64,000 bases of DNA from Alkalispirochaeta sp. (lineage in GTDB: Bacteria > Spirochaetota > Spirochaetia > DSM-27196 > Alkalispirochaetaceae). This document shows positions 8,201-17,911 of this stretch, in pieces. The position numbers and the translations under genes were made by a program. The notes below the pieces were generated by a model. The model ran no database searches and was not told the DNA's origin. It was given only the letters and a program-made list of their open reading frames with translations. Each line of letters begins with the position of its first letter. Position 1 is the first letter of the stretch. Where the stretch lies: contig OZ271854.1 of NCBI GenBank assembly GCA_965601925.1, forward strand, positions 352,001 through 416,000. The letters run 5' to 3'.

Positions 8201-10138
8201 TCACGAACGATCGGGCCGACGCGAGCTACGAAACATTCCCAAGAGGCGTAGATTGCGGGTCTCAGCCTCGAGGGCGCGATACGCCTCGTCAAACTTGGCG
8301 TGCTCACCGGGTAACTCGACGTCGAGATAGAACATGTAACGCCACGGCTCGCCGAGAATCGGACGCGACTCGAGCTTCTTCAGGTTGAGATTGCGCTCCG
8401 CGACGACGCGCATACAGTCGTATAACGCACCGGGCTTGTCGGGTGTCGAGAAAACCAGCGTCGCCATATCAGGGTCACGCGCTCCGGAATGTTCCTCTCG
8501 AGCCAGGATGGCAAAACGCGTGTAATTACGCGCGTTCGTCTCGATGCTCTCCCGCAGCACCTTCATGCCGTAGTAGGTCGCCGTGCGCTTGTGGGCGATC
8601 GCCGCGACGGAGGGGTCCGCCGTCTCGGCAACGTGCGCCACCGCGCCGGCAGTGTCATAAAAGGGCACGACCGACCATTCGGGATAACGGTTGAGAAAGT
8701 CCCTGCATTGCTCGATACCCGGCGCCTGCGAGACGACGGTGCGCACCGTATCCAACGTCGCATCGGGAGTCCCGATCAAACTGTGCTGGATCCGAATGTG
8801 CGTCTCGCCGATGATACGGATATCGGGATACTGGAGCAGAAGGTCGTAGTTCTCGTGGATCGACCCCATGAGTGAGTTCTCCAAGGGAACGATCCCGAAC
8901 TCCACCTCTCCTGTGAGCACCGATTCAAACACATCACGAAAATGCGACCGGCTAACCGGCTGCAACTCGCGTTCCGGCTGGTCGAAGTAGCGCAGGAGCG
9001 CGATTTCGCTGTAAGCGCCGCGAGCCCCTTGAAACGCAACGCGAATCTCCGAGGAGGCCGATTCGGGTGCCGGCCGGTCCGCATCGGCGACAACTGAGCA
9101 ATCGATGCGGTGGCGTTGAGGAAGTCTGGCGACCTCGCGTCCCACGACCGGCGAAAGCGCCTCGATGTCGCGCATCAACTTCTCGAACTGCTCGGGGTAG
9201 AGCGTTTGCGGTCCGTCGGATAGAGCGCGATCGGGCTCGGGATGCACCTCGACGATCAATCCGTCGGCACCGGCCGCGATGGCGCCGAGACCGACGGGAG
9301 AAACTTGTTCGCGCAACCCCGTAGCGTGGCTCGGATCGACCAGCACGGGAAGATGGCTCAGCTTCTTCACGACCGGAATCGATGAGATGTCGAGGCTATT
9401 TCGGGTGTACGTCTCGAAGGTGCGGATACCCCGTTCGCAGAGGATCACGTCTTCGGCCCCGTGGGCCAACAGATACTCGGCGGCCATGAGCCACTCCTCG
9501 ATCGTTGCGGCGAGACCTCGCTTGAGCATAACCGGGCGCGCCTGCGCACCGACGGTCTTGAGGAGTTCGAAGTTCTGCATGTTGCGCGCGCCGATCTGAA
9601 AAACATCGACGTACTCACGCATGTGCTCGACGTGGGTGGGAGAGACGATCTCCGAGACGACCGGAAGACCATAGCGCTCTCCCGCCTCCTTGAGGTATCG
9701 GAGCCCCTCCTCGCCCAACCCTTGAAAGGAATACGGAGAGGTACGCGGCTTGTAGGCACCCCCGCGAAGCATCACTCCGCCCGAGGAAGCGACGATATCG
9801 GCGGTCTCGATAATGAGCTCGCGACTCTCGACCGCGCACGGACCGGCGATCACCACGAGACGGTTTCCGCCGACCTTTATCGGTCCAATGGGGAAGACCG
9901 AGTCCTCCCGCTTGAACTCACGCGAGGCGAGTTTGTACGGCTTGGTAATCGGCACGACCTTCGCCACACCGGGAAGAAGCTCTACCTCGCGAACATCGAT
10001 GGGGCCGCTGCCGACGGCGCCGAGAATCGTTTCGGTCTCTCCTACCACTTCGCGGACGCGAAACCCGCGTCCTTCGAGAAACGCGCGCAAGGAGGTCTTA
10101 TCGCGCTCGGTAATATCGTGTTCCAGTACGACGACCAT
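8201..10138 (-). CDS. aroF-pheA: Bifunctional DAHP synthase (type I-beta) / prephenate dehydratase with ACT domain
   Basis: N-terminal ferredoxin-like regulatory domain, then IAGPCAVES, RGGAYKPRTSPYSFQG, QIGARNMQN, LCERGIRTF and DPSHA. C-terminal AFQGARGAYSE, VPLENS, NYTRF and the ACT-domain ESRP motif. Confidence 0.93.
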   Translation of the reverse strand: MVVVLEHDITERDKTSLRAFLEGRGFRVREVVGETETILGAVGSGPIDVREVELLPGVAKVVPITKPYKLASREFKREDSVFPIGPIKVGGNRLVVIAGPCAVESRELIIETADIVASSGGVMLRGGAYKPRTSPYSFQGLGEEGLRYLKEAGERYGLPVVSEIVSPTHVEHMREYVDVFQIGARNMQNFELLKTVGAQARPVMLKRGLAATIEEWLMAAEYLLAHGAEDVILCERGIRTFETYTRNSLDISSIPVVKKLSHLPVLVDPSHATGLREQVSPVGLGAIAAGADGLIVEVHPEPDRALSDGPQTLYPEQFEKLMRDIEALSPVVGREVARLPQRHRIDCSVVADADRPAPESASSEIRVAFQGARGAYSEIALLRYFDQPERELQPVSRSHFRDVFESVLTGEVEFGIVPLENSLMGSIHENYDLLLQYPDIRIIGETHIRIQHSLIGTPDATLDTVRTVVSQAPGIEQCRDFLNRYPEWSVVPFYDTAGAVAHVAETADPSVAAIAHKRTATYYGMKVLRESIETNARNYTRFAILAREEHSGARDPDMATLVFSTPDKPGALYDCMRVVAERNLNLKKLESRPILGEPWRYMFYLDVELPGEHAKFDEAYRALEAETRNLRLLGMFRSSRRPDRS

Positions 10139-10154
10139 ACGCGTTACTGTACCA

Positions 10155-10850
10155 CTACGTCATGTCGGTGGGAAAGCGACTGAGCATGTACGCGCGGAAC
10201 CGTCGCTCCAAACTCGCTCGAAATCGGGTGGCGCGATCGATATAGACGACCGTCGTCGGCGGAGTGTATCCCGACCTGACCCTGGAGAGGCCGGCGTTAT
10301 AACACGTCAGCGCCTGGATGTCGGTCTCGGTATGCTCTCTACACCACGAGAGATACTCGATGCCGTGATAGGTATTTACGTCGGGGTTGAAGAAATCCTC
10401 CTCGGTAAGGTCGGTAAAGGTTCTCGAGTTGAGCTGAAAGAGTCCTCGATCGACCGACGTCGCGTTCCGGTTGACGTTGACCGCCACCGGCGAGTACCGA
10501 CTCTCGACCCACGCGATGGAAAAGACGAGAGATAAGGGCATGTCGGCCCGTTCGGCGTGGTAGAGAATCGGCATAGTAATGGTTGGCGAACCGGTGACCT
10601 CCAGGAAAAAATCGGTGACCGCTTCATGGGTAAGATCCTCGCGATAGAGGGCGAGCATCGGCTTGTCGCCGTCCAACAGATTGAGGACGTTGGTATAGTC
10701 CTCCGGCACAACGGCACGAACCGGTTCGGAGTCCCAACTGAAAGCAAACTGTGCCTCTTCGTCCGACGCGCCCGAGTGGGCCGTGGGGAGTGTCGTGCTG
10801 CATCCCAAAATCGCCGCAGCGGTTAGGAGCACGAGAATTCGATTAATCAT
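10155..10850 (-). CDS. Lytic transglycosylase (SLT domain) lipoprotein
   Basis: Lipobox-like ILGC; SLT motifs VES, GLFQLN and YNAG. Confidence 0.85.
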   Translation of the reverse strand: MINRILVLLTAAAILGCSTTLPTAHSGASDEEAQFAFSWDSEPVRAVVPEDYTNVLNLLDGDKPMLALYREDLTHEAVTDFFLEVTGSPTITMPILYHAERADMPLSLVFSIAWVESRYSPVAVNVNRNATSVDRGLFQLNSRTFTDLTEEDFFNPDVNTYHGIEYLSWCREHTETDIQALTCYNAGLSRVRSGYTPPTTVVYIDRATRFRASLERRFRAYMLSRFPTDMT

Positions 10851-10867
10851 GACTGTGATCGCCTCAC

Positions 10868-11563
10868 TTACGTCTTGACGACCACGGCGTGGCCATTGAG
10901 ATTACCGACAACGGTCAGTCCGTCGTGAGATCTCAACTCGTGAACGAGATAGGTTACGCCCTCGCATCCATAAAAACCGTAATCGTCAAACACAACGATC
11001 CCTCCGGGAGGAAGGAGAGGCAAAACCCAATCGAAGACGCCCTTGGCGGACTCGTATACATCGACGTCTATGTGGCACAGGGCGATTCGATCGGCACGCA
11101 CGTGGTGCGCAGACTCATCGGGAAATATCCCGGCAACAATATTAAGATTTCGTAAGGCCAGATTATCGAGAAACGACTCCACAATGTCAAGCTGCGTATC
11201 ACCGTGCTCCCCTCCGCGGTAGTAGGGGTCACGCACTCCCGCCTTAGCGACGCCCTCGAAGGTGTCGGCAACAATAAGCTTACGGTCTTCGCGAAGGAGA
11301 TGCTTCAGCCGAAGTCCGATCAGGGCGGCGCTTCCGCCGCGCCACGTCCCGACCTCAAGAACGTCGCCGGGAACTTTGACGGCTTGCTCTACGAGTTCCC
11401 ACAGCTCGTAGAGACGCGCCTGATCGAGGAGCGTCTTATCCCGCACGAGACGCCACGCCTCCAGGAAGGCGAAATCCGCCTCCCATGGGCGATAGTCGGA
11501 GTCGAAAGGGGTGTGACCGTAGCCCGGTGGATACACTCGGACCGGTTCCGACGCGCTTGCCAC
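10868..11563 (-). CDS. TylF/MycF-family SAM-dependent O-methyltransferase
   Basis: PGDVLEVGTWRGGS, DTFEG, HIDVDVYES and GGIVVFDDYG. Confidence 0.88.
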   Translation of the reverse strand: MASASEPVRVYPPGYGHTPFDSDYRPWEADFAFLEAWRLVRDKTLLDQARLYELWELVEQAVKVPGDVLEVGTWRGGSAALIGLRLKHLLREDRKLIVADTFEGVAKAGVRDPYYRGGEHGDTQLDIVESFLDNLALRNLNIVAGIFPDESAHHVRADRIALCHIDVDVYESAKGVFDWVLPLLPPGGIVVFDDYGFYGCEGVTYLVHELRSHDGLTVVGNLNGHAVVVKT

Positions 11564-11630
11564 GTCTCTATCGTACTATGACGCGGCGCTATATGACTAC
11601 ACGCGTCCGCCGCGAATCGTCGTAGTGCGA

Positions 11631-13058
11631 CTACGGCAGTGTTCTGACTTCCAAATCACGAAACTCGCCGCGGCCGAGGGACCGCAACGCAAGCTCGACA
11701 CTCGAACCACGGACGAGATCCATCCGATATCGAAGGTACTCCGTGCCGTCGACCGCCACCGTCAGCATGTTGGCACCGGGATCGAAGAGCGTCTCCACCG
11801 CATTGGGATCGCCTAAATCGGTATCGATGCGCGCCTGGGCGACTCTGTTCATATTGACGTCGTCGTGCGACACGTACACTTCGAGGAACGTCTCGTCGGT
11901 ACCGTAGGTCGCCTCGTCGCGCGTCAACCAGATCAGGACGCTCCGTCCGTGTCCGTAGCCGGCCGGCTGCACTACTCCCTCCACCGAGAGATGCAGCCCG
12001 ACGCCGGCCCACCCCGGATCCAGGGAGCGCATGATCAACCGGTAGAGCCGCGGACGGCTGTCCTGGTCGTACGACAACGTAAACTTTGCAAAATACGCCT
12101 CCGGATCGGCCTGTACGACCCGCGTCGGACCGTCGACATTCCAGAGTCCACCCGTTGCATCGCCCTCATCGAGTCCGACCCTCGTTAACGAAGACATGGT
12201 GGCGCGTGCGAGACTGAGTGCCATAGTCGGTGCATAGTCCCGAACGTCGTGAGCGGTGGACGGTACCAACGACGGGGAGCCCGCCGGCGCGGCCGCAACG
12301 GCGTCCATCAGATCGGTAACACGGCGATCCATGGCGGCGGCCTCGTCTCGCAGCCGTCCGTCGACCGCGGCGACGCGGTCGACGAGTTCCTCGATCCGCG
12401 CTTCGATCGCCGCAAGACGCGCGTCGTGATCGGTCGCATTCCCCTCAATGAGCGCTGCGATACGGTCGAGGCGCTCGATGAGTGCCGCGTACTCCGGCGT
12501 CACATCCTCATCGGGCGACACCTCAGTGTCGTCGAGCGGCGACGCCACGATTTCGGTGGTCTCGGTCGGTTCCGCGGAAGTCGACGCGTACCTCTGAAGC
12601 AGTAACTCGACCAGTTCATTCCGTTCCAGATCGACCGGCTCCGACGGGACGAATCGATACGTCTCGACGCGTTCGAGTCGATCGTCGAACGCAATCGTCC
12701 CGGAGTAAAACGCGCCGTCGAGAAACACATTGTCGACGATGAGTCGGCCCTCGTCGTCGACCGACAGACGGGCCAGATCAAACAGGATGTTCTCGGGAAT
12801 CGGTCCATCGGCGTAGCGCAACACGACGTCGGCGACGCGCCACGACCCGCCCTCGTCGACGGTAAGACGGACCGCATACGGACGTCCGTCTATCCGTAGG
12901 GCGTCGAGTACCACGGAGTCGGGCCCGGCGACGCGGATCCGCGCCGAGTCGGCTTCAATGACGGGTTCCGCAACGGCTGCAAAAAGTGTATTGAACAGGA
13001 GCAACAACCAGAGCAAAAAAGGAACACCATTTTTCTTTGCACATTTGTAGATAAGCAT
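11631..13058 (-). CDS. Exported hypothetical protein with tandem beta-repeat, coiled coil and C-terminal lectin/ConA-like beta domain
   Basis: Signal peptide; two similar ~50-aa beta segments; heptad region; beta-rich C-terminus. Host-like codon usage. Confidence 0.7.
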   Translation of the reverse strand: MLIYKCAKKNGVPFLLWLLLLFNTLFAAVAEPVIEADSARIRVAGPDSVVLDALRIDGRPYAVRLTVDEGGSWRVADVVLRYADGPIPENILFDLARLSVDDEGRLIVDNVFLDGAFYSGTIAFDDRLERVETYRFVPSEPVDLERNELVELLLQRYASTSAEPTETTEIVASPLDDTEVSPDEDVTPEYAALIERLDRIAALIEGNATDHDARLAAIEARIEELVDRVAAVDGRLRDEAAAMDRRVTDLMDAVAAAPAGSPSLVPSTAHDVRDYAPTMALSLARATMSSLTRVGLDEGDATGGLWNVDGPTRVVQADPEAYFAKFTLSYDQDSRPRLYRLIMRSLDPGWAGVGLHLSVEGVVQPAGYGHGRSVLIWLTRDEATYGTDETFLEVYVSHDDVNMNRVAQARIDTDLGDPNAVETLFDPGANMLTVAVDGTEYLRYRMDLVRGSSVELALRSLGRGEFRDLEVRTLP

Positions 13059-13122
13059 AGTCCACTTTTTCCCTTTATAATATCGGCATCATTGCACGTT
13101 TTCTTTAGTACAATCGAGTGAG

Positions 13123-14172
13123 ATGCTCATGAATAACGGCCCGTGTACTGTAACCGAGCTACTGCGAGGCCCGCAATCGCTGCCGATCGGATTCGGCACG
13201 TGGGCGATCGGCGAGCGCGACTGGGGTCCCATGACGAGTGCGGAGGCCAAAACGCTCCTCGTCGCCGCATGGGAGGTCGGGTTTCGTCACTTCGACACCG
13301 CCGAAGCGTATGGAAACGGTCGGTCGGAGCTCCTTATCGGGCAGGCTCTGAAGAGTCATATCCGTCGGTCGCGCGAATCGGTTTCCATCGCGACAAAGAC
13401 CGTCGTTCGCCCCCCGGCGGCGATGGAAGCGCACATAGAGCGCTCGCTTCGGCGTTGCAACTGCGAATACTTCGACATCTTCTACATTCATTGGCCTCGC
13501 GAGGGTATCGATCTCGTCCGTGCCGCCGAAGCGATTGATCGACAGCGCCGCCGCGGTCTGGTACGCGGGATCGGGTTGTGCAACGTATCGATCGAGGAGG
13601 CTCGACGAGTAGCGCGCGTCGTGCCGGTGGCGGCGATTCAATTCGGCTACAACGTGATCTGGCGCCGAGCCGAACGGGATGGGCTCGCGAATCCCGACGC
13701 CGTCGCGCGATCGCCGGAAGAGCGTGTACGTCCCGTGCGCATCGCGTACAGTCCCCTCGCGCAAGGGTTACTGGCTCGTTCGTTTTCTCGCGCTCCGGTG
13801 TGGCACGCGGAGGATCATCGCCCGCGGACGCCTCTTTTTGCCGCCGACCAATGGGGTGCCGTTGCACGGTTCAACGAGTCCTACCTGGCCGTCTGCGCGG
13901 AGGCGGCCGTTCACCCCGTCGCAGCCGCGCTCTTGTGGCTCGTCTCCGGCCCCGGGCCGCGCAGAGTCGACGGAGCGGTCGTCGGTGGGCGCACCGTTGA
14001 GCAATTGCGGGCGCTGGCGGCGGGACTCGAGTCGGCGCTGGACCGGCCCGATACGCTCGCTGAGGTACTGAGCCGTGTACAGACGCTCTCGGACGAGGTG
14101 CAACACTCGTTACCGAACTTACCCAATATGTTCGGCTACACCCCGACGCCTTGTCGGAGTCGCGGAATGTGA
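13123..14172 (+). CDS. Aldo/keto reductase
   Basis: GFGTWAIG, FDTAEAYGNGRSE, IATK, IHWP and AYSPLAQGLL. Confidence 0.9.
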   Translation: MLMNNGPCTVTELLRGPQSLPIGFGTWAIGERDWGPMTSAEAKTLLVAAWEVGFRHFDTAEAYGNGRSELLIGQALKSHIRRSRESVSIATKTVVRPPAAMEAHIERSLRRCNCEYFDIFYIHWPREGIDLVRAAEAIDRQRRRGLVRGIGLCNVSIEEARRVARVVPVAAIQFGYNVIWRRAERDGLANPDAVARSPEERVRPVRIAYSPLAQGLLARSFSRAPVWHAEDHRPRTPLFAADQWGAVARFNESYLAVCAEAAVHPVAAALLWLVSGPGPRRVDGAVVGGRTVEQLRALAAGLESALDRPDTLAEVLSRVQTLSDEVQHSLPNLPNMFGYTPTPCRSRGM

Positions 14173-14186
14173 GTATATCCAAAGGT

Positions 14187-15812
14187 ATGAAGCGTCGAAT
14201 TGTATGCGTCGCCCTGGTGACGTTGACGATAGTCGCGACTCACGCGACGCAATCGATTTGGAGACCGGTTCAGGATACCGACGAGGGGGGCGAGTTCGTG
14301 ATCTCGTTTCCTCGCGGCATCGTCCAACTCAATCCGATCTATAGTCTCACAGCCAGCGAGGCTCAGATATATACCGGAATCTACGAGGGACTCGTCGGCT
14401 ATCATCCCCTTACGATGGAGCCGGTGCCGGCGGTTTCCGAGGGGTGGGAGATCAGTGAGGACGGGTTGACCTACACGTTTCGCCTGAGAGAGGACGCACG
14501 GTATTGGAACGGGGACCGCGTCGTCGCCGCGCACTTTCGCGACACGTGGTTCATGCTCATCGATCCCGAAACCGATGCGGCGTACAACTTTCTCTTCGAT
14601 GTCATAGACGGCGTGCGTGAGTATCGCAGTGGAGAGATACGTAATCGCCGGCGCGTCGGGATTCGTGCGGTCAACAACTCAACCCTGGAGGTACGCCTGA
14701 GAAAGCCGGCCACGCATTTTCTACAGACCCTCGCCCACCACGCCTTCGTGCCGGTCCATCCGTCGGTGAGGGATCAGCGCGACTGGTCCGATCTGGAAAC
14801 CATCCCCGGAAACGGACCGTATCGCGTGAGCGAGCGTTCCGACAGGGAACTCGTTCTGGAACGCAACGAACGCTATTGGGACGCCGACGAGGTGGCGATC
14901 CCTCGTATGCGAATCATCTTCACCGATGACGACGACGAGACGGTAACGCCGCGCTTCAATCGTGGCGAGATCGATTGGGTGACGGCCGGAATAGACTTCT
15001 TGGAAGTGCAATTTCCGGAGAATATCGTCATCAATCCGCTGTTTGCCACGACCTACTACTTTATGCGATCCGATGTGGAACCCTTCTCCGATTCGCGAGT
15101 GCGACGGGCGTTGGCGCTGCTTCTGCCGTGGGATCAGATCCGCGACCCGGAGATTCAGTTCATCCCCACCGATCGGCTCGTTCCCAGTATTCCGCGCTAT
15201 CCGACCGTCGCCGGGATCACGGAGCCGAATATCGAAGAGGCGTTGGCATTGCTGGAGGAGGCGGGCTACCAGCGGGGTGTACGCCTGCCTACCATCACCA
15301 TTCACATCCACGACGGCGTCGAAACGATGCGCGTCGCCTCACTGATGCGCGAGGCGTGGGAAGAGGCGCTGGAGGTCGACGTAGACATCGTGTCGACACC
15401 GTACCAGACTTATTTCGACGCGTTGGATACGAGTGATTTCACCGTCGGTACGGTGAGCTGGATCGGGGACTTCGCCGATCCTCTCACCTTTCTGCAAATG
15501 TGGATAACCGACAGTAACGTCAATGACGCGGGCTTCTCAGACGAAACGTACGATACCCTCATCGATCAATCGATGTTCGAACGTGGGTCGGCACGATTCG
15601 AGATCCTCGGCGAGGCCGAGGAGATACTGCTGCAAACCGGAACGGTGCTGCCGGTCAGTCACGCCCCGTCGGTCAATCTGATCAATCTCGAAGCGGTAGA
15701 CGGCTGGTTTCCCAACCCGCTGGACATTCACCCTCTGCGATACCTCCGCTTCTCCGAGCGGTCGTTGGCTCCCGGTGTTATCCGTTTCGACGTTCCCGAT
15801 CCTCGGCAGTAG
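14187..15812 (+). CDS. oppA: Peptide ABC transporter substrate-binding protein (OppA-like, SBP family 5), orphan
   Basis: IYEGLV, WEISEDGLTYTFRLR, NGPY, RVRRALAL and WIGDFADP; signal peptide MKRRIVCVALV. No permease or ATPase adjacent. Confidence 0.88.
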   Translation: MKRRIVCVALVTLTIVATHATQSIWRPVQDTDEGGEFVISFPRGIVQLNPIYSLTASEAQIYTGIYEGLVGYHPLTMEPVPAVSEGWEISEDGLTYTFRLREDARYWNGDRVVAAHFRDTWFMLIDPETDAAYNFLFDVIDGVREYRSGEIRNRRRVGIRAVNNSTLEVRLRKPATHFLQTLAHHAFVPVHPSVRDQRDWSDLETIPGNGPYRVSERSDRELVLERNERYWDADEVAIPRMRIIFTDDDDETVTPRFNRGEIDWVTAGIDFLEVQFPENIVINPLFATTYYFMRSDVEPFSDSRVRRALALLLPWDQIRDPEIQFIPTDRLVPSIPRYPTVAGITEPNIEEALALLEEAGYQRGVRLPTITIHIHDGVETMRVASLMREAWEEALEVDVDIVSTPYQTYFDALDTSDFTVGTVSWIGDFADPLTFLQMWITDSNVNDAGFSDETYDTLIDQSMFERGSARFEILGEAEEILLQTGTVLPVSHAPSVNLINLEAVDGWFPNPLDIHPLRYLRFSERSLAPGVIRFDVPDPRQ

Positions 15813-16512
15813 CGGCGGCATCACCGGCTCCGTTTCGACGTGCCAGGACGCGAGCCGCCGCCGCCTCGATGCGTCGTCGATGTTTTATACCGAGGATAAG
15901 CGCAACCACGGCCAGGACGAACAGCGTGATCGCAACCGTCGTGTGCCCCGCCGCCGCAGAGGCGCCGATAGCGGCGCTGCCCGCGATACCCGGTACGCGG
16001 CCGATCATGGAAAAGAGCAAAAAGGTCTTCACGCTCATGGAATGTCCGGCGGCACCCGCGACGTACCCCAGGATGTCCTTCGGAAGGCCCGGTATGACGA
16101 AGAGCAGAAAGAACCCGATCTTCGTTCCGCGGCGCTCCACGATATTGTCGATGCGTCGTCGCGATTCGGCGCTTGTAATCGCCTCTACGAATCGTCGTCC
16201 GAGGAGGCGGCCCACCGTATAGTTGATGAGACTGCCGACGGCGATGCCGACGATCGATAGTGTCGCACCGCGCACTACGCCGAACAGAAATCCCGCTCCG
16301 ATTTGTACGACCTCCCCAGGAATGACGAACACCACGACCTGGAGGATCTGCAGCGCGACGATAACAAGGGGCGAGCGAATCCTCTCCGCCCCCTCGCTCT
16401 GTACCAGAGCGATCACGGCGGAAATCTCGTCTCGATAGACGACGGCCGCGGTAACAACGACGGCGAGAAAGAGTGGAAACGCGATCAGATCGCGGAGCTT
16501 TGACCTCGACAT
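15778..16512 (-). CDS. TVP38/TMEM64 (DedA/SNARE-associated) membrane protein
   Basis: LQVVVFVIPGE..GAGFLFG, GR.LGR and LFVIPGLPKDILGY.AG. Start reassigned to MSRSKL (16512) because the longer ORF overlaps carD. Confidence 0.88.
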   Translation of the reverse strand: MSRSKLRDLIAFPLFLAVVVTAAVVYRDEISAVIALVQSEGAERIRSPLVIVALQILQVVVFVIPGEVVQIGAGFLFGVVRGATLSIVGIAVGSLINYTVGRLLGRRFVEAITSAESRRRIDNIVERRGTKIGFFLLFVIPGLPKDILGYVAGAAGHSMSVKTFLLFSMIGRVPGIAGSAAIGASAAAGHTTVAITLFVLAVVALILGIKHRRRIEAAAARVLARRNGAGDAAATAEDRERRNG

Positions 16513-16529
16513 GCCTCTATGAGTATACT
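16500..16529. promoter_or_regulatory. Bidirectional promoter between the DedA gene and carD
   Basis: Plus strand: TTGACC(16500-05)-N18-TATACT(16524-29), 7 nt before the carD ATG. AGTATACT (16522-29) is palindromic, so it also gives TATACT on the minus strand 9 nt before the DedA ATG. The intergenic gap is only 24 bp. Confidence 0.6.
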
Positions 16530-16536
16530 GCTCTGA

Positions 16537-17130
16537 ATGAGTGCCAAGGCCAAGAGTCAGTCCACGACATTTAAAGAGAAGCAGCGTGTAGTCTATCCGC
16601 TGCAAGGTGTGGGCCAGGTCCAAAAGATAATCGAGATGGAGTTTAAAGGGGAGAAGGTTCTTTACTACGTAATCTATCTTCCCGTTTCCGACATGACGGT
16701 GAAGATCCCGGTCGACAGAGCCGAGGAACACGGCATCCGCGCCATCGTGCCCAAAAAAGAGGCCAATGCTGCATTGGACATGTTCTCCGAAGAGATCGAT
16801 CCGGTCCCGCAAGACTGGAAAATGCGGTATCAAATGAATCTGGAGCTTCTAAAAAAAGGCTCGATACGGGACATCGCGTCGGTTGTTCGCACCCTCTATG
16901 CCCGCAAAAAGGTGAAAGAGCTGCCTATCATGGAGCGCAAGCTCTACGATAGCGCATTACAGCTTCTGGTGGACGAGGTCTCATTCTCGCTTAACATCTC
17001 GACCGACGAGGTCGAAGAGCTCGTATTCAGCAAGCTCGAAGTCGACAACGACCCCAAGGGCGACGACCTGGAAGATATCATCCCCGAAGACGAGATCGAC
17101 GAGGATGGGAACGACAAAGACGGGAGTTAA
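16537..17130 (+). CDS. carD: CarD-family RNA polymerase-binding regulator
   Basis: F...VVYP..GVG.V..I, IPV, DWKMRY (Trp wedge) and ERKLYDSA..LL..E; acidic tail. Confidence 0.92.
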   Translation: MSAKAKSQSTTFKEKQRVVYPLQGVGQVQKIIEMEFKGEKVLYYVIYLPVSDMTVKIPVDRAEEHGIRAIVPKKEANAALDMFSEEIDPVPQDWKMRYQMNLELLKKGSIRDIASVVRTLYARKKVKELPIMERKLYDSALQLLVDEVSFSLNISTDEVEELVFSKLEVDNDPKGDDLEDIIPEDEIDEDGNDKDGS

Positions 17131-17824
17131 TCTCGCCGACGGCGCCGGTCGCGGCAACACGTACTCCGACGCCGAATGGCGGTCGCTATTCACGCGTATC
17201 GCGTCCGCCATCGGGTCCGATTACGGCGCAAGCGTCAACCGTATCGCGGAGGGCGATCCGTCGCGCGCTCCCTTCCGGGTATTAGTCTCCACCCTTATAA
17301 GCCTCCGCACGAGAGACGAGGTCACCTTCGAGGCGAGTGAACGGCTCCTGGCCGAGGCCTCCACGCCGAGGGAGCTCGCTACGCTCTCGCGCGAACGTAT
17401 CGAGACGCTTATCTACCCCGCAGGATTCTACCGCAACAAGGCGAAAACGCTGCTCTCGATCGCCTCGATTCTTGAGGAGGCGCATGACGGCTGCGTGCCG
17501 GACACGCTGGACGCGCTTCTTGCTCTTCCGGGAGTCGGCCGAAAAACGGCAAACCTCGTGTTGGGGATCGGATTCGGTATTCCCGCAATATGCGTAGACA
17601 CCCACGTTCACCGCATACCCAACCGGCTCGGCCTGATCGCTACCAAGACTCCCGAGGAGTCCGAACGAGCGCTCACGGCGATTCTACCGAAACGGTACTG
17701 GATCCCCATCAATGAATGGCTGGTCGGCTTTGGGCAGCGCGTGTGTACACCCCAAAGTCCGTGGTGCAGTCGCTGTCCGCTCGCCGGTGAGTGTCGGCAA
17801 GTGGGCGTTACGCGCATGCGATAG
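17105..17824 (+). CDS. nth: Endonuclease III (HhH-GPD glycosylase with 4Fe-4S cluster)
   Basis: LPGVGRKTANLV, VDTHVHRI and C-x6-C-x2-C-x5-C. Confidence 0.93.
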   Translation: MGTTKTGVNLADGAGRGNTYSDAEWRSLFTRIASAIGSDYGASVNRIAEGDPSRAPFRVLVSTLISLRTRDEVTFEASERLLAEASTPRELATLSRERIETLIYPAGFYRNKAKTLLSIASILEEAHDGCVPDTLDALLALPGVGRKTANLVLGIGFGIPAICVDTHVHRIPNRLGLIATKTPEESERALTAILPKRYWIPINEWLVGFGQRVCTPQSPWCSRCPLAGECRQVGVTRMR

Positions 17825-17911
17825 GCCCCGACCACCGCCGGGGTATGACGTCCACGCAACCGGCGAGCAGTGCATCCATACTCCTCGAGGTCGGTATCGC
17901 GATGCCGGCGC

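Noticed and set aside
16513..16833. N-terminal extension of the DedA-family ORF
   Set aside because: Antisense to carD; family similarity begins at MSRSKL (16512).
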